From: Eutreptiella sp. 'Long Island Sound 2002' | Lineage: Eukaryota > Protista > Euglenida | Length of the DNA: 64,000 nt | Assembly: GCA_964036045.1 (NCBI GenBank) | Contig: OZ038379.1 | Coordinates: 27,404,001-27,468,000 of the forward strand | Reading direction: 5' to 3' | Shown here: positions 11,389-23,100 of the stretch, piece after piece | Numbering within the stretch: the stretch's first letter is position 1 | Layout: every line of letters starts with the position of its first letter | Program-made: the position numbers and the translations under genes | Notes under the pieces: generated by a model | What the model was told of the DNA's origin: nothing | Seen by the model: the letters and a program-made list of their open reading frames with translations, nothing else | Databases searched by the model: none

Positions 11389-13487
11389 CGCAGCGCAGCG
11401 CACGGGGCATTGGGTGGAGGGGCAACCGCCCCCAACGGGGCCCCCGCTCTCGGCGGCGGTGGCAGATGTGGCAGTCGAGCAGTGTGTCCGATGACTGCCG
11501 CATCTGCTGTTGCTGCTGAGCCCGCCACTGATGCCGCGGAGCCCACTGCACCTATTGCTGAAGCCGCGGTGCTTGCTAACTGACCGCTGAGGTCACCGCA
11601 TATGGTGTTGCTGGCGCGGAGCCCGCTGAGGCTGCCGTTGATAACACCGAGCCCGGTGCACTTGCGGCTGATGCCGCGGTGCATGCTGACCCGGCCGCTG
11701 AGGCTGCTGGGGCCACTGTTTATGCTGCTGCTAGTGCGGAGCTCGTTGTGCCTGCCGCTAATGCCGCACATCGTGCTGTACCTGCCGTTGATGCTGAGGA
11801 GCCGGCCGGGCCCACCATGCGCTTGCAGGCGTCTGGGCTAGCTGTTGGGCCTAGCGCAACGATCCACATCGCCCAGGTCCCGGCGGGCTAGGGCAGCGCG
11901 GCGACGCACGCGCGGCGCGACCGCCGCTACCGTAGCGGCAACGTGCGTGGTGCCACCCGCGCCACCCTGCGGTGCCACTCCGTGGGAGAGGGGGGGCAGT
12001 TTTGCCGCCCCGATGCTCGTGGAGGGGCTAGGAGGGCCCTGACTGTGGTCGCCTGCCGGCTTGCTGGAGGGGCAGCCGCCAGCACAACGGCGGTGTGTGG
12101 AGGCCCATCCGTCCCCGCCCACGCCACCCCCATCCCTGGCCCCCCGGCCGATGCAGGCGGCGGGGTGGAGGTACTAGAGCGAGCCTCCATCGACTACAGC
12201 CCCCTAGTGTAAGCTGCCCCTGTGACCCCCTGTGTGCCTTTGACCGGATGAGTATGGCTCCATGCATGCTGGCGCTTTTTTGCGGTTGGGCGTGGAGCCC
12301 TTTGTTTGGGCGTGTGTGTAGCGTGCACGCCGCGTGAGACCCTACCCCCTTTCTTCCTCCAGGGGGGGGCGAGTACCCAGCGCCCCGCCCTTTTGATGCT
12401 GAGTGGCTGTTGGGGGGGGCTCATTCCAGCAGGCGTGTGGCCAATGTGCAGTGTGGGGTCTCGTGTGGGTACCGAGCCCTAGCGCCAGGCACGCAGGCCC
12501 TTACTTGGCGCGGAATAGACTGCGAGCGAGCAACGTGCTAAAGGGATCCGGTCCTCAAAAACACATCAACTGCACAGTACAACGTGGGAGGAGGGGGGGG
12601 GGGGTTGTGGGTCTGGTCTGTCCGCGTCTGTCTAGGTCTGTTACATGAACTGGTTCGCCCCCCCCCCCCTGTGGCAAAAACCTAGGTTATTGCTAACCTA
12701 GGTTTTGGGGGAATCTTTGCACTGCACGCGCACTGCACGCGCACTGCGCGCTACTTTTAGACTATGTTCCCCCCGAAGAGCCCCCAAGCACACCCCTTGG
12801 AAACGCCCTTAGAATTAGGTGACCCAAACTGCCCCAGCTCAAGAAAGTTGCAAACTACCTTCCCTTAACACAACACACACATGTTCCTTACGATGCCCCA
12901 GTGCCACAGGCGTGGTTTCGGTTGTGAGGAAGGGGCTCTCTCCTTTCCCTTGCGGTTAGAATCGGATTGGGGTTGAGATTGTGTAGCCACAGGGGGTTGC
13001 GAGGACTGAGAGGGTTGAGGGAGATTGGAGCTGGACGAAGCCACATCGGCCCGAGGGGGCGCAGCAACACAAGAAGCATCCAGTGTGCGTTGCCGCTTTT
13101 CTAGGACCTGCTGCGCATGTTTTGCTTGTTTCTTGGCCTCTCTCTCTCTGTTCTCACGGCGCAAACGGTCAATCACAGGCTGCAGTGTTGGCGCTTCACT
13201 GCCGCCTTCAGAGAATGGTTGGCCATCAAGCCCATCCTGGATAATTACACTTTCCTCATCCCTTGGTAAGTGGTTACCCTTGCCGAACCGCAAGATCTGC
13301 TCAATCACCTTTGGCACACCCAAACAAAGGGGGACGAAATCAGAAGTCAAAACCTCTGCTAGGGGTCACCATGATGCCCCTAGGGGCCCCTAGTATCTCA
13401 AAGTATGGGTCTCTAGTACGGCCGGACGCCCAAATAGTTGCACTGCGCGCGCACTGCACGCGCACTGCGCTTAAGGCTCCCCCTTTG

Positions 13488-14632
13488 CATGCATTGCTGG
13501 CCCTGTACCCTGACCCGCCCTGAGACACACTGACACAAGGCAACAGGACAAACTGTATCTTACTCTGGGTAAAATACCCATTCCCCCCCTCCCACACCAG
13601 TCCATGGACCCACTGACCCACCACACAGGTGCAGAAAGCGCTGCCCTCCCCCAGGGACTTGCACACATATATATCTACACACACATGTGCAGCGGTTGCT
13701 CACGCAGAGCGAAGAACCCAGGATGCCCACACTCATCAGGTGCCCAACAGGACAAGGACAACGCATGCTGTCCACGCCAGCTAGGAGCGCCGGGTCCACG
13801 GGCAACAGCCGCCTGGCCGCCCCACTTGTAATACGCGCAACGCGCACATGGCGGGTCGCGGGGAACTCGCCTCAGTAACAAACACACACAGGGCACAGGG
13901 TGTCATGCACGGGGGGCGGGGGGGTCTCAGTTGATGCCCCGGAGTCACGCCCCGGTACGCCCCGGGTGTGCAGCACCCAAGAGCCGGGCGACTGGAGGGT
14001 TCAGTGTCCAGCAGCCCGCGGGATGTCACTTAAGCTCACACCAAGGCAGCCTACATCGCCCACACCCGCATGCCAGGTCACCCATCGATAAGTGCAGGTC
14101 GGGCCAAACTCAAGGTGGTGCGGCAAGGCAGGACAGCCCGGCCAACCGGGAGGAGAGAGGAAGGTATCTCACACAACGCGCAAGCTCCGTGCCCACCCAA
14201 GCAAAGGGCTCCATGCCTAGGCCCACACACGCTAGAGCCCCCCACCCAACCCCAACCCCGCCGAAAACACCGTAAGCCTTTGCAGGCCTCAGCACACGGG
14301 AGGCCGCTGGATGCCCTCGCTGGGGCCGGGGTGCACGAGCTTGCAGGCCCGTTGCCCATCGATATATACAGGTCAGGTCCAACGCAAGGTGGCGCGTCAA
14401 AGTGGGGCAGTCCTGCGCAACAGGGACCCCCCCCCCCCCCAGGTACCGCCGCTGGGGCACCAATGGCAGTGGGCCCACAGCTACACAATACGTAGCAGCC
14501 CTGCAGCAGCTGCTGCATCATGTTCTGTACGTCAGACCCCAGCAGCACTCCCCAGAGTCAGATACAGTTTGTCCCGTTGCCTTGTGTCAGTGCGTCTCAG
14601 GGCGGGTCAGGGTACAGGGCCAGCAATGCATG
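13488..14632. mobile_element. Non-autonomous element with ~85-bp terminal inverted repeats (MITE-like)
   Basis: 13488-13570 is the reverse complement of ~14550-14632 with few mismatches; no TSD recognised. Confidence 0.75.
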
Positions 14633-16903
14633 TAAAACAAACACGTGCTTAAGTGGCCGCCGAAGATCTCGTTCCTCAATTTGGAGCTGTTCGAGAATCA
14701 GCCTATGTGGTCTGATATAGATACTTGGATGGCAAATATTGCAGAGGATGCTGATGATGGCGAGTTCGTGGTGTTGCTCCCTGGCAGAATGGTCAAAGTG
14801 GTTAGTCGTCTCGTTCTACGGTCTTTGGGGATCACCGCTTATCTCATGGCCATGGGGTTCAATCCACATATGCACTGGCTGACGGACGGCATGCTTGCCT
14901 TGATGACCGGTGACTTGACTGGCCTACCGCCTGGATATCACCTCCTAATTTTGCCCCGGCGTTTTCGAGGAGCGATGGAAACACATGCCTTTGTTTGCTA
15001 CTTTGATGGCTAAGTTGGAGGACCAAGAGAGGTGCATGAAGGAGATGAGTAGGCGGCTGCAAACGGCCGCAAAGGTCCATGACAATCTGGGTTTCCAACC
15101 CCCGGAACTAAGTTAGAAGACGCTGGTTGAGGTTGTGGCGGGCGGCAAATTGCCCCAATAGGCCTGGACATCCTTGTCCTTGGGGTATGCCGCTGTGCAG
15201 GGTGAAACTGTGGTGGACTTTGTGTTGGTATGTATCAGCGACTGGAAAGAGGCCACTCCCAGAACGTGGTTTCAATTCTCGCATGAGCAAAAGAAGGATG
15301 CTGCCCCGTGGTTGACTATGGACATTGATGCCGAGGGGGGGCCTAGCTGACAGTGCTTGCCCGAGGTGCTTTTTTTGTGGCGCCTCGCCTTGCCTTTGCT
15401 GCCCAAAATTATGCCACAGCTTTTCGCGATCCAGATGGGGGCACAGCGATGCAGGAAATGGAGATTGATTTTGGCGATACTGCGTTGGAGGCGAAGGAGG
15501 TTTGGTGTTGCGTTCGCGCGCTTGGATCCAAATTCGCGGTGAAGGGTGGGCGGCAAAGATGCATGAAATGCTGAAGCAAAGTTTGACACCAACCTATGGT
15601 TCGCAAGAAACGCCGCTGGAACAAAAACACAGGCTCAAGCAGGTCACCAGGTTGTTGCAGCTGCTGCAAACGAGACGTCAGATGACTGTCATGAAGGTAG
15701 ATTACTGTTTCAGGAAGACGAGATTGCACATGAGCTTGTACAATTTTGGTTTGCAGTAAATGTCGCCGACTACAGTGACCCGCGCCAACAGCGGGCACAG
15801 TATATAAGTGACATGCCTCGTCGCTAGAGGGGAGCAGGGGCTAAATTATGGCGCCATCCAACACTCGACATGGTGCATCAGGTGCTCACAGAGTTAGACC
15901 CCTCGTCCACCCCACCGATGCCCGATTACGCTATTGAATTGTAAGATGAAAACGCTGGAACAGAAAGGTGCTGTGAAAAAAAGATGCATGGATTCGCAGG
16001 CACACAACAAGTTTTGCGGTAAATTGGGACCTGATTGGAGAGCTTGTTCTCGATGAATAACCCAACAAGCAGCGCACAGTGTGCGCAGTATGTGGTGCAA
16101 GCAATCCCCGTTTGACCAGATTGAATTGATTGGTGCTGCGGAGGTCAGGCATGAGTGAGCAGTGACATTTGATAGCTGGCGATTGTGATTTCATGGAAGC
16201 ATCTTGTACTGGAGCAGCCTTTGTGCTGGTTGGAGATTTAACTACGAAATAGATCAATTGAGAGTGAGTCGGATAATGCTGAATCTTTGAAAACCTACCA
16301 TCATACCCTTGGACAATCCGACCCCCAGGAGAGAAGACATTGACAAGCTGCCGAAAATTGCTACATATGCATAACAGGACGTGCATGTGTGGAGCGGTTG
16401 TTGACCTGTGTGTGGCGAAAGGTGATTACATGTATGCTTTGCATTGCATATGTAGTGGTGGTTGCATTGCTGGCTGACACGACACCAAATGATGTGTCAA
16501 AAAGGATGGCGCTCCCATTTCCCTGTGGATGTTGAGCATCTGCAAGGTCATCTTTGTCCAAGAAACCCCCTCATACAGGTCACTGCCTTCAGCAGCTGTA
16601 TCATCTCATTCAAAATTCCACACCGTGTTTGCAGATGTCATCAATGGTTTTGTGTGTGGTGTGCTGATGAGGTACATGTTTTGCCCACCTGTGCGATCTG
16701 CAAAGGACCTCCTCACCATTTCTGTGCAGTAGCTGGCAACATTCAAATTTCCATTTGCCACACGGAACATGGAGGCCACTCCTAGTCCAAGTCAAAGATA
16801 CCTGGAAGGATCTTACTGTCCCTGCTCCTGCACAAGGGAGGCTAGGACCCACCCCGCTGAAGCTGTGCTCCTGTTCCTCTGTCTGTCTCCAGTTCAAAGT
16901 CCC

Positions 16904-17179
16904 ATGAGTGTCTTGTATTCCTTTCCCACGGCGGACCATGTGTCCAAAGCTGTTGCAAAGTACGTAGCCTCAAAAGCTGCTGCCTGCATTGCCGAGACGG
17001 GACGCTTCACGGTTGCACTGTCCGGTGGCTCCCTCCCCAAATTGTTGGCCACATACCTCAAAGAGGATTCTACAGTTGATTGGACCAAATGGTACGTGTT
17101 CTTTGCAGATGAGCGTGTCGTACCTCTGGACCACATGGACAGCAACTACTATGCTTGTTTCCAGGAGCTGTTTTCTAAG
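16904..17179 (+). CDS. PGL: 6PGL exon 1 (92 codons)
   Basis: Pyrimidine tract + AG (16891-16892) 11 nt before ATG; donor AAG|GT at 17180. Confidence 0.9.
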
Positions 17180-20100
17180 GTCTCTCTGGAGCATAGGGCA
17201 GTCAAGCCTGGGCAAGGGCAAGGGCTAGCGACATGAGTAGAATTGCAGGTGTTCCTGATCTGTATGAGGGCCTTACTATCTGTGCTCTGGTTGTGGTTTT
17301 GGTTGTGGTTGTGGTTGTGGTGGTGGTGGTCATGGGAAGTTGCAGGTCTTGGCAGGCAGGGTCCCCTTGGCCGGGTCTAGGGGGGGCAGGAGCCAGGACC
17401 AGCCAAAGCAGTAGCATGGGACCAGCGTCCATGATGTATAGGACTGCAGAGGTCCAAGCACCAACGGTTGAAGCATGCCGCAGCATGCCGCAGCACACTG
17501 AAAATTGGGGTGGGACCTTTTGGGGGAAAATATCGGACCAAAATATCAAACCCATCCCTGAGCAGTCAACTGCCAGAGGCAGCCAGTACTCTAGTGGTTA
17601 AATGGTGCATCTGGGAGTGAGGGGTCTTCGGTTCAAGTCCTGGGACTGGCAATCTGCAGCAATGCTGGTAAGGACAGGGGCACACAGTCCAAGCTGATTT
17701 TTTCCTTTTTTTCTGTGCTGTGCTGTGCTGTGCTGTGCTTTGACAGATCATGGTTTTCTTCACTTTGTCTTCTGATGTCTACCGTTGAACCCACTGAGGA
17801 GGGGACAACACAACCCAAGAGGAACAAGGAGACAACCAGGAGTACTACAGACTGTTTGCAGTGGGCAATTGGAGAAGGCATCAGGACCACCCATGAAATG
17901 TTTCTGTTGTGTCCATCTTTGCAGGGTGTTGGGAGATGCACTCCTTTGTGTTTGGTTCTGGGTTTTGCCGCTTTTGCAGCTTTTGGAAAAACTGGGTATC
18001 CCCCACCTACGGCTTGAAGCAGGCCGCAGCATGCCGCAGCACAGCAAGTTCTTCTTGGGGACTGTTGGTGCTTGTATAGGAGGACCAGGACCCCTGCCAC
18101 TTCTTCTTTTTTTCTTGATCTCCAGCCCACATTGCCACACAGGTCTCCATCCCTGCGGATCAGATATTCCCAATTACTGGTGGGCTATCGGCTGCAGATA
18201 CCGCTGCTGCTTACACGCAGGCTATGAAAGGCGTGTTCGGTCAGGAGTGTGCATGGCCATCCCTCGACTGCATCTTCTTGGGCATGGGTCCTGATGGACA
18301 CACATGTTCCCTTTTCCCGCAGCATCCTCTGCTTGATGAACGGCAGGTGCCCAGGACAGACCTGCAGGGGTTAGGGTTAGGGAGAAGTGGTGCCGTTCTG
18401 CAGTTTGCTGTTTAGCCTGTTGGTATTGCATTGATGCCTGCTCAGTCATCCCCCCGCCCCCCTCCCCCCCCGCCGATTTAGTGCCAGCCCTGAGCCAGGA
18501 TCTGTATGATAAGGAAGAGGTCCTTGTGTATGTAGTATTGAAGCCAGAGGTTGTGGCTGCCAAAACACGGCCAACCGAAGCACAATGAGCCAGAAGGAGA
18601 GCTGTGCATGACATAGCTGTGAGAACTGCCGAACATTGCTGCATATGCATACCAGGACGTGCATGTGTGGAGCGCTCTTTGACCTGCGTGAGGCCTCTAT
18701 GTTCCCGAGGAAATGTGGCCTCCAGGGGAGAGGCGTTGGATGTTGTAGACTGCAACCCAGCCTTATGGGCCAACAATGACTGCAAAATCATGTGGTTTCT
18801 CAGAGCATTTGTCTGGCGCATCCGGTCTGTGGCTGTGCATCACGGTTTTTAACCAATACCGGACTGTCAAACAACTGTCTGCCTGTTGTCGGTATTGCAT
18901 GCCCTTGGCAAAGAAACACGAGTGTTACCATACAGGCACGAGTGGCAGACCGGGACCGTCAACAAGGATAGAGGCACACAGCATTGCAGGGAGGTCTTTT
19001 CTCTACGTGGGAGGTGTGGGCAGGAGGGGGGAGCGCGAAAACTATCATTGCTCGACCTCCTTCTTTTCTTTGTGCATGCCCTGCTACCGCCCTTGCATTG
19101 CTGTGCCAGGGAACATCCCTGGCACGCTTTTGGGTCATCCTCTGGGTCCATTACAACACACGTCGCGCCACGTTGCTGGTCCAGATGTTGTTTTGATGGG
19201 ATGATGGTTTAAGGGGAGGCTGGTTTTCAGGTTCAGGCCAAAGAGCATATGCAGACAAGAATAAGCACATTACTGTGCCCTTGGCATCATGGGCTTGGGT
19301 GTGCATATGGCGAGGATTTGGGGATAGAAGGGCATGTGCGATACATGCTTCGGTGGGTGGATGGTGGCTGTGCGAGCAATGGCCACACAAGAATGACAAA
19401 CCTGAGACTGAGCAACGATGCACCACCACACAAACAAGACTTCACTGAGGCAATTCTGCGGCCGGGGACGGGAATGAAACAGGGTGATACATTATCACCC
19501 ACCATCTTTTCGCTTCTAACAGCGGTTTTGATCCAAAATGTCTTACGAGATTGACATAGGTGTAGTCCTTTTTAGTTGCGGATGATGCACTTTTTTTTTA
19601 TACCAGGCACCCACGGCAGGTGGGGGTGACCCTCTAAACTTTGTTGCAGCTCTTGCGGGAGTATGGGGATGTTTTGGGTTATAGACTCAACATGGATATG
19701 TGCGGTGTGGTCTTTCAAGGACCCGACCCACCACCACTAGGCATGGTTGTGATGGCGTAAAGGTGTGAACGAAGGTTAAAGATTTCGGTACATGGCTGGG
19801 CCGGGCAACTATTTTCGACCATTACCAAGGGCCGCCGTCAAAATTAATGGTTGAGGCCCAATTTTTGGCATCGCTGCCCCTTAAGGCAGAAGAAAAAATA
19901 CAGGCGAAATACATTTGGGTGTACCTTGTGCTTCGGCACATTGCAATTTTGTTTTTTCCGACACACCAAGTTATCCGAAAACCCAATGTGGCCATGTGTA
20001 TTTCATTGGGGATTCGCACTTGGTGTCTGCCCACAATGCATTGGAAACTACGATATGAGCGCGGGGGGTATGCATTGGGGTCAGCACGGAACTTCCTCTT

Positions 20101-23100
20101 GTGGTGCCACTCCTTGGCATACGTTAGAACGTTGAGAGCTACTTCCGAGATGGGGGCCGCCAGAAAGGCTCCCAAGCTACAATTCGATACTGTTTATTTC
20201 AAGAGCTTTTTGTGGTTCCGGTAGCCACAGGACCATTGGCCAGTAACATTGGCCAGTGGTGAGTACATCTTTAGTGGCATACTCCACTTTCTCACAACTT
20301 TGTCCGGGGAACTGTCCGGGGGGACTTCTGTCCGCCCCTGTTTTTCTGGGCGGATAGTAGTTCACAACCCCCCTTGTATCTCTGCTGCATTTCTGCGATA
20401 GTTTTATTTGTTTGTGTGTGCACCATGTTTTCATTCACCTCGTCGCCCGCGAAGACCTCTGCCAACTGTGGCGGAGGCTCCGGTCCCCCCGACTAGGACT
20501 TGTCCAACATGTCCCCGATTCAGATTCTTGCGTTCTTGGCGCAACAGCAAGCGGCGCTGGCGTCGCTACAGACTAAGCTGGACGAACTCGGCGTTAGCGA
20601 CAAATCAGGCGTCCCCAATCTGACAAACGCGGCAGTCACCGAGCTGTTGGCCACGCCGAAGTTGGCATCATCGATGTGACAATGTGGGGACACTTTGGGC
20701 GACTATGTCAAGGCAGTGGAGAGGCCGGTTAGCAGGGCTGGCGGAGGTGGAGATCACAGGGATCGTTTGGCCTATCGGATGTGGTCCGTGTTGGTCGAGT
20801 CCCAAAGGGCGTACACAGAGAAGTTTGCCGACCCGGCCGCGCTCTCCGCATCGCAAGCGACCAACCCCCTCGACGGGCTGGTTTGGCAGGACTTCCGACA
20901 CCAAGGTGGGGATAATTTTACCTACAAAGGTATACAATTTGCCACGAGGGGCGATGTGTTGCATTGGAGGACGGCCAAGGGCCATTGGGTGCCTGAAATG
21001 GCTCCGGCATCGTAGCCGTGCAAGCAATGCCTGGACATGGGTCTGAATGCAAAGGCGGCCCGGCATTGGCACTACCAGTGCCCCAACTTGCCTTGAATTC
21101 AAGGGACTCGGACCTTGGGATGGGCACCAGGTGCCCTTGGAGTCAAGCCCAAAGATGGGTTCGGGCATGTCGTCAGCGTACCGGAGACCATGTCTATGGG
21201 ACGTTTTCGTGTGGCAGCACTGGCGCGGACGGCGGCACGTACCGGTGTTCGCCTGACCGACGCGGCGACTGCCGCCATGCGCAGCTGGGCATCCAAGACC
21301 ACCCGCCGATATCAGGGTTCCCTGTTCGCGGTCGCGGACTTCGAGGACGAGCGTGCAATGCCTGTTGGGCCATCTGTGTGCCTATCAGAATACCTGTCCG
21401 CCAAGGTATCGGCTGGGATTGCCCGGTCGACCCTCCAAAACGTGGTATCCGCGGTACGCGGCGGAGGAACTGGGCCTCCTGCCACCCACCGTCCTCCCCA
21501 TCCATTGGAGGTTGGCCAAGGGGGGACATTTGTCGGGGCGCCAGCCCTATTTTAGTCCCCCCGCGCTGGCCTTCTTGTGTCAGACATCGCGCACCCGCGA
21601 GCAACGTATTGTTGTGGGGCTCGGGTGCCTCAGCTACACGCTCTGGCGGCGAGTATCCGAAGCGGCCACCATTGCGCCGAGAGACCTGCGAGGAAACGGC
21701 ATGGCCTCCTTCATCGCTACGAAAGTGCGGGGGCCATCTGAATAGAAACGTCCTTTGGGCCGCTGGGCAGTTGGCTGGGCTGCTTATCTCTTGGCTATGG
21801 TGGACGAGTCGGCGGATCCGGCATAGCCGTTCGCGGAACGGGGAGCGCCGAGATTGGAAGGGTCCGTTACTGACATGCTGCGGGACTCGCGGTGGAGCAA
21901 ACTGTGGTGGCACGTGTTCCGACGGGCAGGCTGTGCAGCGTGCTACCACCGTGGGCCCCACCTCCGGTTCCTCATGTGGTGGGGCCGGGTGGCGGCGTCT
22001 GCAAACGGCATTGGAATGCGCTAACAGGTACGGCGACCCGGAGGTTGTGCGGCCCCTTCTTTTGCTTGTGACAGATGCTGGGGACTTTGTGGGCACTGTA
22101 GTGGAGGTTCTTGTCATGGACCTGTGGCCGGCGGCCATGTATGCCAAGGATACGGTTGCCATCAAGGACCTGGTCAAGGATTCGGGCACCCAGCCGGCAA
22201 CCGACAAATGTGCACCAGAGCGGGCCACGGAAGGAGGTGGCGATGAGCCTTCCGACTCCGATTCCTCCACGTCGTCCTCCGAGTCTTCTCTTGGGTCCGC
22301 TAGATCGGACGCAGCAGCCAAGAAGAGCGATGTCGGGGAGCGCACGGTGGGGACTCACTCGGGGAAACGCGCCGTGGGCACCTTCGTCGTCGGGGTCAGA
22401 TCCACTACCGGCCGCCAACCACGCGGCGGCGGGGGTGAGCGGAAGCGGGGACCGGTTGGTACCCTAGTCCCCAGGTCCACAGGCAGAGCTGCGAGCGGTA
22501 CAACAGCGCCGAAGCGATGGACGTGGCTTGCTGTGGGCGGTGCTGTACGTGTCCACGGCCCTGTACCTGGTGGCCCGAAGGTGGTGCTGGGTGGTGGCTC
22601 GGTTGCGGGTCGTCCCGCCGCCAGGGGCCGTCTTCATAGGCGTGGCACCGAAGGGCCTGCGGGCTCCGGGTCGTCCCCAAAAGGTGCCTCGGCGGGGGGA
22701 GGGGTCCAGAGGCTCTTGCCCGTTTGGAGAGTTGGCAAGCGGAGGGGCCAGCACCGGTGACGTGGCGTGGAAGTTCAAGCCGCGGGGAGAGGGCCATCAC
22801 AACCCCATCACCCTGTGAACGCGCTGCATTCCACGGGTCTCGGCGGGGGCAGGGGTTAGGCGACCAGCTGGCATGGGGCCCCCGGAGAGTGCCAAACAAT
22901 CAAAACGGTATATCTTCCGCCAGCCGTGGGGACCCTCGGCCGGGTGGTATGCTAGACCCCTTTCATGTTTGTGGTCGGCCCTCGCCAGATCCCATGGTAC
23001 CGCGAGATGGCCTGCGGCCGCCGTTATTTCGGGGGGGGGCGGGGGAACCTCTCTTCCTGCTTATCCTTCGCAAATTGTCCGGCAAGCTGGCATGGTTGTC

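Noticed and set aside
21018-22760. 580-codon ORF as an independent gene
   Set aside because: GC-rich overlap frame; only the part after ~22000 carries the frameshifted recombinase C-terminus, and the remainder has no recognisable motif
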